Origin: Anthoceros angustus
Lineage: Eukaryota > Plantae > Anthocerotophyta
Reading direction: 5' to 3'
DNA: 64,000 bases
Assembly: GCA_010909165.1 (NCBI GenBank)
Contig: VJWM01000288.1
Span: forward strand, 1-64,000
In this document: piece after piece, positions 1-12,716 of the stretch
How positions within the stretch are numbered: the stretch's first letter is position 1
Layout: every line of letters begins with the position of its first letter
Position numbers and translations under genes: made by a program
The notes under the pieces: generated by a model
Database searches by the model: none
Seen by the model: only the letters and a program-made list of their open reading frames with translations
What the model was told of the DNA's origin: nothing

Positions 1-820
1 AGAAATGACATATAAAGCGGGTGGTGTAGGCACCCGGTCTAAACAAGATCACGGACCTCGGCTCACTTCGATGCCGATCGAGTTAGCGTCTCGGCCCGGA
101 CTCGGCCGCTCCCTGCCGAGCGGGCCCTTGCGTCGGGCGCCTGACCCTAAAACGGTCTCGGCCTCACGGCCTCGATGTTCGGCTCGCCCCGCGTCCGTTC
201 CCTAATACATGCTTAAGGTCATACGTCGGCATGAACTAGTTGCCGCACACCTTTTTTCGTTCATCGACTGCAGTCTGTGGGACTGAATCATGTGATTATA
301 TTTGTGGGCACAATTGAGGCTGTGCCGAAGCCATCCCCCCACCCCAAACCTAAAGACTTTTTGTAAACAAATCCCAATATAGGCCTGCGACTCTCTGCCA
401 TTCGCAAGGCATCATCGCAAGGCCAAGAATAGGGCGCCGGCCGACCGGCGTCCTTCCCCTCAGACCTGGTTTGCTCCCCGACCGTCAACGGGTCAGCCTG
501 TCATCCAAATCTGACCACCGTGTCTTTTAGGGGTCTTTAGGGTTGTTGCAGGAGAATGACCGGTAGTGACCGGCAGCAATGGTCCTTGTCATGGGTGTTA
601 AATGCACCCCAAATAAGGTTAAGTCTTAGACCAGAACCCTTCGCTAGCATGAAATGGACCTTGTATCACTGGTTCACACGAATTGTCACCCTTCTTTTCT
701 GTCTTAAATTCACTCATACCCCAAAAACCACGAGTTCAAAACCCATGTGAAGCCTCCTTCAGGAGATAAAAGTCACAAAACCCTCTTCTTGGATATTCAC
801 CCCCTTCGAAAGATACTGTC
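1..820. mobile_element. Possible right part of another insertion truncating the copia-1 RT
   Basis: RT similarity stops abruptly at RILLA (~821). The adjacent reverse complement GACAGTATCTTTCGAAGGGGGTG loosely resembles the AACAG..GGGG terminus of the 1816-3919 element. The other end is not in the window. Confidence 0.3.
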
Positions 821-3800
821 TTAGGCAAGCAGTATCCTAATTGATGTTCACAACGGGGCTATAGAGCCTATTTTCCTCGTAGTCAAACCCTGGGATCTGT
901 GTGAAACCACGAGCCACTAGTCTTGCCTTATGACGTGCAACAGTGCCATCGGGGTTCAGTTTTCTCCTGAATGTCCACTTACATGATACTGGCTTCCTTC
1001 TAGCTGGTAGATCAGTGAGCCTCCACGTCTTGTTAGCAATAAGTGAGCCGTACGTACTCCGACTTTACGGCAGCACACCACTCAGGGGTGCTAAGGGCTT
1101 CCTCAATGGAAAGTGGCACACCTTGCATCTCGACGGCAGAAAGGGCCCACTGTAGACATAGTTGGATAGAATCACTGCTTGGGTCTTGTGTCTGTGCAGG
1201 TACCTCTAGAGCAGGAGTAACTGCCTAGTTGGCGAAGGAGTCCCTCGGGTTATAAGGTGGGTTCTTCCATGCATAGCTTGGCGATTGATGACGTGTGGAA
1301 CGCCTTGGAGCTATAGGTGGCTCATCAACAAGACCTGGTACTTAAGGTTGTGGCTGGTGTACCTCTCGAGATTACCTCGATTAGCGATGTCTTGGACTTG
1401 TGCGAGGTTGTGGGCATGCACAGGCGTGAGCAGGATTGGAGGTGCTAGAGAATGTGGTGATCTTTGGGTGGCTGGTCCAACAGATGAGTGATCTCTTGGT
1501 CTTGGACTGGCGTATTCTCATCCTCATATGATGTGGTCCCCCCAAGAGCAAGAGGGGACTCGTGGAGAGAGTGACCATGGATGCTAGGTGCAGGGAGAGG
1601 TTCACACATAGAGGAAGTGTGGAAATAAGAGTTCAGGATATGAGACTCGTTGAATTGCACGCTGCTGGAGAAGGTTACCTCTCTTGTGAGGGGATTGAAG
1701 AGCTGGTCAGAGTACCCGATGAACAGCAGCTTGGTGAATTTGTCGTCCCATTTTCTTCTGGTGGCATCTGGAATTTGTGCAAAAGCAGGGCTACCGAAAA
1801 TACGAAGGTGAGAGAAACAGCGTCTCTCAGCATAGGGGTTATTCTCCATTAAAGGGGTTTGGGTCCCTAAAGACCAAAAAATGACCCTCGAAAACGGGCC
1901 AAAATGCATCATCTTTAGCAAAACCACTCTTTAGACATGTCTTGAAAGACATTGACCATGTTATTTTCGTGAATACTTACGCTATGAGGTTGAAGCCGAA
2001 GAAGGTTCATTTCACCTTCACAAGGAAGGGATTTCAAGGATTTTTAACGGTGCTAGGAATCCTAAACACCTCTTTTGACGATAGTACTTCCTAGCGGGGT
2101 GAGCAGGCAAACCAAACAAAATTAGTCCAGCAAGCCAAAGCTGCGGACGTCCGGCGCAACCAACACTAAAAGTAGCAATTCAAGCGAAAAGAAGCAAGCT
2201 GCGCGGACGTCCGGCGCATTGTGAAGAACATTAAATAGCGATCATGGCCATCTCGAGAGGACCAAACTACGACTCTAAAAGTAGGGCGTCACGGTGCTTG
2301 AGTACACAACCCGGATCTCCATTGTTAGAGTGAAAAACATAGAAGGAATTGGAACAATCGCGGACGTTCGGCACATTGGCGCGAGTCTGCTAAAACTGCG
2401 CCGGGGCGCATTTCTGAGACCCCAATCTTGTGGGCGTCGGCGAGATGGAAATGGTGGAGTGGATCGCGGACGTCATCATGTATATTGTTTGTCTTCTTAA
2501 AACATCTCGGGATAGGTGCAGATAGACTCAATGGCTAAGAACTCCAGGTTAAGCACCGGTCGGATCGAGGATGGGGTGCTTGACTTTGGTGCTTTTAGAA
2601 CTTCCAGTTATGCACTCTTGGGTTGATTAGTGCTAGGATGGCTTGTTTTGGCGCTTTGAAAACTTTGTAACAACTCCACTCTTAAGCAACCTAGAGGCGT
2701 ATCAATACTAGGATGGAGTGTTGATTTTTAGTGGTTTGAAAAATTTGTAAATCATCCGGTATCTAGGCGTAAAGTCATGAATATTATTTTTGAAAATCAT
2801 TTGTTGGTTGATGTTATATTCCACATTCGCTTTGTATACAACATGTAAAACCTTTTGGCCTTACTCTATGTGCCCCATGACTTGCATTTGGATCTTTGAT
2901 TGGTCGCCAAATGTCCGCTCATTCGAGTTTGATGCACGTATAGATGCATAGGCCTTGGTTTCTAGATGAGCTACATTTTCCAAAATTCGACATGTATGAT
3001 GGTGGTTTCTAATGGCCAACCTTTTGAAGGCGACAATGTTTCACAATGTTTTGCGAGAGAAGCAAGAAAATAAATAGAATAGATGATTTTTCCTTGAGTA
3101 ATGAAAGCATCGGATGCGATCGAACACAAGCATAAGAGCATCTGCACGCGCTGAGCCCTAGTGAGAGCCAGTATCTGAAGAAAGAGGGCTAGTCGCCGGG
3201 GGTTTTGACCAAATGGTGAGTATTTCGGTGAGGCTCGAAGGAGGACTGTACCCACCATGGCCCACTACTGTGGCACTAGGTGTTCGAGAGACTATAGCCA
3301 AGCCAGAGAGATTTTGAATTTAAGATCGACTTGCTCCATGTGCCACCCATGGATAGATTAAGGTTGAAAGCGACGGACTTGACAAGAAGAAATGTAAGCT
3401 GAAGAGTTTGATCAAGAGCGGTTGAGGAGGCCTCACCATCCTTTACCTTGTCCAATTCTGCCGGCCCAATCTGCAGATCTAAGTGCGGCTTATCTCCGGA
3501 GGGGCGGTCGGGCAGGTATGCTGCCGTGCAGGATTGCTCGAATCACGGGGTTTGAAAAGAGAATTGATGTGAGTGTTGGTGCGGTGGCAAGTGTGCACGC
3601 AACTTGAGCGAAAGTGCTTGCCTACACAAGTATTGACGCAACCCTCTCCAAACCCGGTGTATTGCACCTCTTTGGAGTATAAGTGCGCCGGACGTTCGGT
3701 GACTCCACTCTTTGGAGCATAAGTCGATCATCCGGCCACTTGGTACAAAGTGTGTCCGTCATTTGTGCGGACGGTGGGCACAAGGTCTTCCTTGGGCTCG

Positions 3801-6636
3801 GATGCATGGGCTCTGGATTCGCAAATCACTGAAAACAGTGGAATGAGACATGTGCATTTCTGGATGGTTGGGGCCAAAATGGGGTTTGGAGACAAACCCC
3901 TATGCTGAGAAACACTGTTGAGACTCTTGGTTTATGGCCATGCTATCTTTCAAAAGGAGTTGTGTGGAGAAGGTCCTTAGTAGGGAGTCTGTTTTTCAAG
4001 TACATTGAGGTAGAGACAGCTTCGGCCCAAAAGCCTTTGGAGAGGGAGGCCAACTTGAGCAGGGAACGGGAGATTTCAAGAAGAGAACGATGTAGGCGAA
4101 CTACAAAATGGTTCTGAGAAGGTCTGTAAGGTATTGTTAACTAGTGATGGATGCCTTTGGACTGACACAATTTTCGAAAAGCTTGACTAATGTACTCACC
4201 CCCGTTATCAGTACACGGGGTGGCTACCTGGGAACCTGTCTTTCTCTCGGCGGAAAGGAGAAACTCCTAGAAACGGGAGAGGGCTTTGTCCTTATGGCGA
4301 AGAAAGTAGATATGACAATACCTGCTTCATTTGTCGAAAAAGCTAATGACGTAAGAGTGGCCGCCGAAAGAGACAGTGCTCATGGGTCCACAAATATCTG
4401 AGTGGACGACCTCTAAACGATGACGTGCACGGGTAGGTGTAGGGTCATTGAAGGGTAGCTGGTTAAGTTTGGTATAGTGACACATCTCACAGGAGAAGAC
4501 TTTGGGTTGATTCAATTTGACAGGGTCTTTGTACATGCTGGGGTTGGAGAGCACAGCAAGATGTCTAGGGTTCATGTAGCTTTCGCAACAATGCTAGAGG
4601 AAAAACTCTGTTGATGTGGTGGAAGGTGTGGTGTCCACGAGGAGGGATGAAGATTGAATATTTAACAGGCACAGATCATTGAATGGCAACCCATGTGCAA
4701 GGGTAGTTTGGGTAGGATCCTTTGAGTGCCATCTTAGATAGTGATCACCTTGGAATGTGATGGTGAGATCGTACTCTATGGCTAGCTTACGAATTGACAG
4801 GAAGTTCTTCGTCATTGCAGGTACATGTAGGACTCCGTTGATTGTAAGAAGTTCGCCAGTGGAAAGGGAAAGTTGGACTTGGCCGAATGTAGCAATCGGC
4901 AGGGCGCTGTCGTCGCCAAGGAGCACATGCTGATATGAAAACACGTTGTGATAGGAGATGAACATATCTCTACAGCTGCAAATATGAGTGGTTGCCCCTG
5001 AATCAAGAAACCAGCGACTGGTATCCGTTCTAGTCAAGGTAAGGCAGACTGCTAGGATGGAACTGGAAGGTGGAGAGTGGCCGCTGTGGTGATGTGCATC
5101 TCGTTGCGTGGTGCTTCCCGTCAAGGTTCCCCATTGAGTTTCTTCCTACACTCATGTTCGTAATATAATGGCCAGGGATCCTGCACCAGTTGCAGGCCCC
5201 TTTAGAACTTCTATTAGGAAACTGACGGTTGCCTTGATAACTTGCAGGATGCCCGGACTGGTTCGGGGTCTTCTACTGGAGAAGTTGCCACGACCTCTGC
5301 CTCTCCTGGTGCCTCTTCCTCTTGATGTGAAGAGTGCGTGGTTTGCTGCAAACATTGGAGCAGCTCCAATGTTGGAGCGACTGCTGCCAGATCTGCTGGA
5401 CTCCTCTTTGAGAAGGGCTCCAACTACTTTGGTGAAGGTGTAAGATGGAACTCCTCCAACTGAGGTTGCCTGAATGGATTGCCTCAACACTGAATTATGA
5501 GAACTGACGAAAGTCCTATATGAAGCAGGCAAAGATGTTAGCAAAGCAACGGCTACCTACAGCTCAGTGACAGTGGTGCCACTATGAGCAAGTCGGGCCT
5601 GCAAGGATCGGAAGGTGTGTATGTGTTGCTCGATGCTATCGCTATCCTTCATCTTGAGTGGGTAAAACTGCCTCATTGCGTTTATTAGAGACATGGAGCT
5701 CTAGGACTAAAATATGTCTTTAAATACCTTCCATATGTCGTGCGCTGTTGTCTGACCTTGAGTGTGTTGCAGCATTGTTTTATCCAGTGCTGATATGAGG
5801 ACATTGCGTGCCCTCTTGTCTTTCTTTGACCATGCATCGACTTGGTCAAGTGTGGCAGGTGGAGTGGAAGTAAATGAGGGCTTAGGAAGCGTACCGTCTG
5901 TGATCGACATGAGATCATGTTCTTCTAAGAGGGCGGTTAGGCGCATCTCAAAGTCAGTTCCATTGAAACGGTCTCTATAGACTCTAGATTCTATCTTGCT
6001 AATGTTGATTACGGTTTGGACCGGTGTAGTCATTGCGGTTCTGATTTGCTCTCTCTTATTAGGTGCTGTGCTGAGTGGATCAAAAGCTAGCATACAGCCC
6101 AATGATTCCTAAGCAAATTTCTATGGTTATTCTATAACGTAGGGTACAAGGAATGCTTCTCCAATGCAACATGCATGGATTGGAGCAGTAATTATACGTG
6201 AGCTAGCTGGGCGCTAAGGTATTCTACGGGAACTGTCTGTATTGCTGTGAGTGGAGATGCACGGAAAAATCTTTGGTGATAACTGCTACTGCTGATTGGT
6301 GGGGCGTGACCCATTGCGGGAGGTGCACGCGGGTGCATACTGGGCGTGCTTTGATGAAAGCGATGAGATTGCTCATCTCTAATCCCTTGGTGGTAGGGGG
6401 CTCTCACTACTTTGTTCCGGCAATTTGTGCAGGTTGCTGAGCTAGGGCAAGGCGCGTTGCTCGAGGGCGCGTAAGCCGCTGGAGTACGGCCCCGAGGCAT
6501 CCTTCAGCCCTCTTGATTGTCGACTTCCCGAGTCTTCGGCTTGAGCTCATGCCATTACTCGGCTGGGTTGATGAAGACTACGCGCGACGGGCAGAGGCAA
6601 GCCCGAAGGGTGGGGACCGATGGCACCCTGATACCA
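821..6636 (-). mobile_element. Ty1/copia LTR retrotransposon 1, decayed, interrupted by an insertion; RT truncated near 821
   Basis: Minus-strand fragments in copia order: gag (5707-6102, 5152-5544), protease WFLDSGATTHIC (4594-5124), integrase HSDICGPM..GGHSY (4327-4575), post-integrase TPFER*HGHKPRVS|HLRIFGS (junction 3920/1815), RT start KTWRLTDLPARRKPVSCKWTFRRKLNPDGTVARHKARLVARGFTQIPG (~890-1040). PBS-like TGGTATCAGGG at 6626-6636. Confidence 0.92.
1816..3919. mobile_element. Non-autonomous TIR DNA transposon (~2.1 kb) with 4-bp TSD GAGA
   Basis: Left end AACAGCGTCTCTCAGCATAGGGGTTATTCTCCA; reverse complement of right end AACAGTGTTTCTCAGCATAGGGGTTTGTCTCCA. GAGA flanks both ends (1812-1815, 3920-3923). 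Removing the element and one GAGA restores the copia frame GHKPRVSHLRIFG. Confidence 0.9.
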
Positions 6637-7137
6637 CAAAGATACTCTAATGATGCGAAAGAAGTGAGTGATTTGCAGTAAGTGTCTAGCTTATATACAA
6701 GATTATAGTAAATGTTTAACCGTAACCTGGCAGTTTATGCGGGTGACAAGCATTAAGATCTTTCATCCAACTCCACGGGATATATACGCCACATATAATT
6801 CATGCAGAGCTTGCCATTTCAAGTCATGAGAACAAAATGGTCTCAAGGCCACGATGGATCTGTCGGCGCTATGCTCAGTTCTCTGTTTTTGCAACAAATG
6901 ATCCGTGCATGCCACACAATGGGGGGCCGGTGAGGCTACGCGCTCATTGCTGGGAGGTCCCATGGTTTTTTGTTTCCTCTGCAGAACTTGATGAATCCGC
7001 TAGAGATCGCGGCAAGGCAGGCTGTGGTTTGTTTTTCAGGTCTGGCAAAGCGGGAGGACTCTGACTGAGGACAGAGGCAGGAGGAGAGAGGCGGGTAGGA
7101 GGAAGCCGTGCGGCAGGGAGATACTGTATGGGGGTGG

Positions 7138-7352
7138 TGTAGCGGTCCAGGATGGTCCAGGATCCAGACAGATGTTATTCAGATTAGACAGATTGGTGAG
7201 CAGGTGTGCTCAATACATTGGGGCTGTGCCCAAGCATTGCGTGTGGGTAACCGTCTCAATGTCGGTTCGCTAGAATGCCTATTCGATATCTGGCTTATTG
7301 TCAAGTAAATACGAACCGTGCCCTAAGGGCTAGTGTGCTACATAACTTAACA
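7138..7352 (-). repeat. 3' LTR of copia 2
   Basis: Starts TGTAGCGGTCCAG and ends AACTTAACA; followed by CTCCCACTT (minus-strand PPT AAGTGGGAG); aligns to 24724-24936. Confidence 0.9.
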
Positions 7353-7397
7353 CTCCCACTTAGTGCCTAGTCCTTAGGTTCTATAATTTTTCTTAAG

Positions 7398-10300
7398 CTA
7401 TTGAATATATGATAAGCTTCTTAGTCCCATGTTCGTCGCATGTTGTTGATGTTTAGCAGATGTGAGCGCCTTGGTAAGTACGTCTGCTGTCATTTGTTCT
7501 GTCGGCCAATACAGGACTTCGAACTTACCGCCTCTTACTACTTCTCTGATGAAGTGGAACTGAACTTCAATGTGTTTTGTTCTCGCGTGGAACTTCGGAT
7601 TATAAGTGAGTGCTATGGCACTTTGGTTATCACAATAAAGTGGTCTTCGTATGTCTTGTGTTTCTCCGAGTTCCGTTAGTTGTAGGAGTTGCCAGAGTCC
7701 GTCTTTGCAAGCATGTGTTAGCGAGCAGTACTCGGCCTCTGTTGAGCTGAGTGCGACCACCTGTTGTCTCTTGCTGCTCCAGCTTGTGGTTGTTCCTCCC
7801 AGTAGATAGGCATAGCTGCTTGTGCTTTTCCTGTTGTCAGCATTTCCTGCCCATTCGGCATCGCTATAACCTTCTAGTTGTAGAGGTTGACCTTGTTTAA
7901 TTGTCGATTGATATAACAGCCCTATGTCGGAGGTGCCTATAAAATGTCCCGAATACCGCTTTGCTTCCAATGGGCTTGTGTCGAGCCGCTAAGAATTGAG
8001 ATAGTGCTCCCGAAAATGCAAGGTCGTCTTGTGCATACCATAAGGTACATTAAACTGCCGATGGCGGACGAGTATGGTAACTCGTTGTTGCTTGGAGTAG
8101 CTGCTTGATATTCTTGATCTTCATCCTTGCTGAGTTTCAGGCATATTAAACTTAGCTAGAATTTCCTGAATGTACTTAGACTGATGGATGAAAATACTTC
8201 TAACTTCCCTATGCCTTAAAACTTGAATGCCTAAACAAAATGAAAGTTCACGGCAAGTGGTCATAGAGAAACGTTTAGCGAGCATGAGTCTGGTGTCTTC
8301 TAGGATGCCCTTAGAGTTAGACATAAGAACTATATCATCTACGTAAGCGCTAGTACGATAAAATGATTGCTTACTCTCTTAATATATATGTTACTATCTG
8401 AGTCTTGTAAAACCTAGCTCTTCTAAGGTGTCATCCGACTGAGTACCACTCCGGTGCACTTTGTTTGAGTCCAGTATAGGGCCTTCAATAATAAGCAAGC
8501 ATTATAAAGTTGTTTGTTGACTTTGAGTCCTTAGGGATCTCCATGTAGATAGTATGTTGAAGGTCACCATATAAAATGCGATCTTAATATCTAGTTGCAT
8601 AAGCTCATAATCATGATGAGCTAGGGCCATTAGGATTCTAAGTGAGGTTATTTTAATCTTGGACTAAAGGTCTCGTCGAAGCCATGTTTTTGTGAGTATC
8701 CCTTAGCCACTAGTCTAGCTTTATATCTTTCTATAGTACCGTCTGCATTTAATTTTATCTTAAAGGTCCATTTAGAACCTACTAGTTTTCTATCCTTAGG
8801 TAGGGTAGCTAGTGTCCAAGTTTTATTAGCTTTTAAGGATTCTAGTTCTGACCTTATTGCTTGCTTCCTGTGTTCCTTTTGTGCGCAGGTGATAGCCTCA
8901 CAGTAGTGTAGGACAAAGCGATCTATTGCGTTAAGACAATAGGCTAAATTATTTTTAGGATCCCTTGATTAGTTGGAGAATATTTGTTTATTTTACTGCG
9001 TTTGATCTGAGGGCGTCTACCTGGTATCGTTGATGTTATCAGTAACATGTCCTCGTTGGTATCCTCGGGATAGGCAATTGGATATCCTCGGCTTGCATAT
9101 GTGTAGGTTGAAGACTTGAATTAGCATTATCATTATTATTAAAATAAAGGTGCCTACTTGCTTTAGGAGTGCCGGGCCGGGGACGAGATTGGTTTGAGTT
9201 GTGTGTCCGGAAATCGCCTGCCGTATGTGAGTCATGAAGCACATGATCCGCAGGTTGCGGATAGCCGAGAGTGCCGGCTTCTACGATTGCACTGTGCTTC
9301 CGCTGCAATGTGTTGCCGTGAGAGCGCGTTGCTGAGGATGTGCAGCGGTGAGCCCGCGGTGGACGTCGATGAGCCATGGTGAGCTTGAGGTTGGCGCCAG
9401 CGTCTGAAATTGTCCATGTCTTGCGCCATGTGATGGGGCATGCACGCGTTGGGCTCTTGGGGCCGCTCGATCCTTCTCGAGATGCTGGCCGTGGAGCGGA
9501 TGCACTGGTGATGGCTTGATGGTTATGTGCACCTCGGGTGGTGTGTGTCCTCTGCGACTGCTTGCGAGATGGTGGTGGAGGTCTTGCGGCTATCCTCATC
9601 TGGGCGCTCGGTCCCTATTCCCCTCTCAAGAGGCGTTGGCTGGAGATGGAGCCAGGGTGGTGATGCAGTGAGTCAAGGTCGTCTTCAAATCGCCAAAACA
9701 ATTGATGGAGTCATTGCGCTGAGGCGAGTCCGAGTGAGTGTGGCCTAGTGCAGGTGGCGGTGGTGAGGTTGTGCAGGCTGGTGGAGGTTGCCAGTCTTTG
9801 GAGGTGCAGAAATCGGAGCCCACCTCATCATGTTATGGGATTTAGTGGTGCTCCCAGCTTTTGGTTGCTGCATGTCCTCAAGGTGACGTCGCGAGAGTAG
9901 GTCACTCTGTGTGTCTGAGGATGGATGATCTTATAACCTTTCACCCCTTCTGTGAACCCAATGAAGATGTACTTTTGAGCTCTGTTGTCCAATTTCTTCC
10001 TAATAGCTTTTGGTACGTGTGCGTACACAGGAGCTCCAAATACCCGAAGGGAGGAAAGGTCTGGCTTGGTGCCGGTCCAAGCTTCGTATGGTGTGCCTTG
10101 TGGGAGAGCTGAGGTCAGTGTCCGATTGCTAATGTAGACGGCGTGTTGCATGGCCTCAGGCCAATAGGTCTTGGGCAGTTGAGCGTGGATGAGCATTGAG
10201 AGTCACAATAGTGCGATTCATTCTCTCGACACGCCCGTTTGTTGGGAGGTGTGGGGTGGTAACTATGCTTATTCCCTTGTCTCTACTGGATAAAGGGCTG

Positions 10301-11955
10301 GCCGTATTCACCACCTCCATCAACTGCGGAGACATAGGAGAGAGTCTCTGTTTGCTTCTCGCCACGTAGTGTACTCCTTAAAATAGGTAAGTGCTTGAGA
10401 TTTATGCTTGAGGGTAAATGACCGTGAATCGGCTAAAGTCGTCGATCGGCGGCATAGTAGTTGAAGCCAAACATGGATCTATTAAAGAGGCCACACAAGT
10501 CGAGTGAACTAGTGAGTCTCTTTGTGGCTCGTTGTAGATGTTTTGAGAGCAGACGATGGCTCTTCCCAAGTGTCAGCATGGTTGCGAATTCTTGACCTTG
10601 GTTAGTGAAATTCCATTAGGCTTGTGTCTTGATCATTTCCTTCATTCGTCTCATGTTCATATGCCCTAATCGGGCATGCCACAAATATGTCTGACTTTGT
10701 GTGTGTGTTGCTGCAGATAGGGAGGAGGGGTGGGTGACCCTGAGGTGATACAAGTCGTCATGCTTGAGGTTGCCGGTGGCAATCAAGTCGCCTTGAGGAG
10801 TCTCTATCACACAATGTCCATCACCAAAGCAAACGTAGCAGCCTGCCTGATCCACTTTACGGACTGAGAACAAATTTTTGGTAAGGCCGGGTACTAGTAG
10901 GACATCGATATTTGCGGGGTGGAGTCTGGTTGGACGTTTAAATCTCGACCCATGGCCTGTGATTACGTGGAGTCATCGCCTGGCAGTGTGGTGGTCTGCG
11001 GTATAATCTTTGTGAAATATTCTTTGTGGGGTCATGTGTTGAGAGGCCCGGAATCTATGTACCAAGTGTGTGCCTCTTGGGCGATGGGGGCCTTAACTAA
11101 GGCGGAGGGATTCTATGTCTGAGTTCGTAGGTTGTATGGGTTGTGAAAGCCTTGGAATGGCGTTGCATAGTTAGGGCAGTTGGCAGTCTTTCCTCTGTTG
11201 TTGTTGGAGGATGCTAACCTCTTGTGACATTCTTATGTATGTGGGTATTTTGCGTAACCTGCATGGGCTTCGAGGGGTTATATGTCCCTCTACCACGATT
11301 GGGGTAACCACCCGTCCTCTAGAGTTGCCTCGCATGTTTACTCTAAAGTTTCCCTTCCTCGACCTCGGCTCTTCCTCTATGTGTAGCGGATGATGTGTCT
11401 CGGTGTGCGAGACTTTGGCGTCCTTCTTGATAAGCATAGCGAGTACTTTGTAAATTTGGATGCCTTGAAGGCTTTGTACGATCCATGATTGATTAGTGTT
11501 GATAGCGGATCGCAAGGAGCTCCTCGGGATGTTGAATCCTAAAGCACGGAATTTCACGGTCCAAGCTGCGAAAGACCATGGCATGGTGGTCTACATGGTC
11601 ACCTTGACCCATCGTGGAGGTAGCTCTTGATTGTATGGATGGTGTGCATAATGTCGCTAATCGTAGATTTCATGGAGGCGGTCCATCTTCTTTTCTTCTT
11701 GACATCCCTTGATTGCCGTTGCACTTCCATACTTTGCATAAGCACATTTTGGCTTGTTGTTTCTTTTCTTCCACTCATCTTTCTCTCGCTTGTTGTCTGT
11801 TGCAAGGAAAGCGATGGGGACTGTGGGGTTCCTATCCACGTGTGTATAGCTTACGCTCTTTTAAGATGTTTGTGATGCAAAATTTCTAGATGGGAAGCTA
11901 TCTTCTGTCCAGTCAAATTTGTCCTCTTTGGACAGGAGAGATGGGAGCTCGACAT
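7398..11955 (-). pseudogene. copia-2 gag-pol, frameshifted
   Basis: Protease WYIDSG (~11060), LWHARLGH pre-integrase (10616-10873), integrase NGRVERMNRT and YWPEAM..TPYEAWTGTKPDLSSLRVFG (9828-10365), RT (~8000-8830), RNase H GYSDAEWAG..ALSSTEAEY..CDNQSAI..RTKHIEVQFHFIRE..ADVLTK (7398-7970). Confidence 0.93.
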
Positions 11956-12716
11956 TATGGTATGTGTTATTAATCAAGCTGCTTAGAGGAGAGGATTGTG
12001 CTCCTTAGGAGGCAAGCCGTTTGTATTTGGAGAGTGATCACTATTTTGTAGGTTACGCAAGTGTGAGAATTAGGCTCTATGTGTGATTCTAGGTCTTATG
12101 ACATAATATTTGCCGGGTCAATATACAAAGCCGCTCGCAGAAACCCAATGGAAAACATGGTGGCAATCAATTCCACGATTTGACGCTTTAATTTTCTTGG
12201 TGATGGTTCATTCCTTCCCTACGGCATCGCCTACTTTTCACATCAAGTGCACACTATGGTCGAGTATGCCCGAAAGGCCCCAATCGGTCTTCCGCATGAG
12301 AACGGTGAGGCTTGTCGATTTCACACCTACTTGAAAAGCAATACATAGCACTAAAAGCAATAAAAGATTAAAGGAATGTTTGCCGCGATGCGGCACAGAA
12401 AGGTTTCTAAGTCGGACACGCAATGTAACGTAAATTTCCAATAACCTAACTACCAAAATCTTCGCCAGAGCTTGAGTCTCGGGCATTGCCCGACACGCTA
12501 TCGAACACAACATCAACGCTTCGAGGAGGCGTTGTGGGGTCCTCAAGTTGTCGTTCTCCGCATGGCATTCTCCACATCCAAGAGACGAGGAGGACTGCTT
12601 TGGGTGTTGTAGTCTGATGGCACATCGCGCCGAGTTCTCTCCGTCATCAACGATTTGCCCTCTTTCATCTGTTGAACCCCAAAGGCGACGGCTTGCAGTG
12701 ACCCTTCCTGACAAGC

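Noticed and set aside
1818-3917. hAT assignment for the 2.1-kb TIR element (CAG-start)
   Set aside because: The 8-bp flanks (GAGAGAAA vs TTGAGACT) do not match; AACAG ends with a 4-bp TSD restore the host frame exactly.
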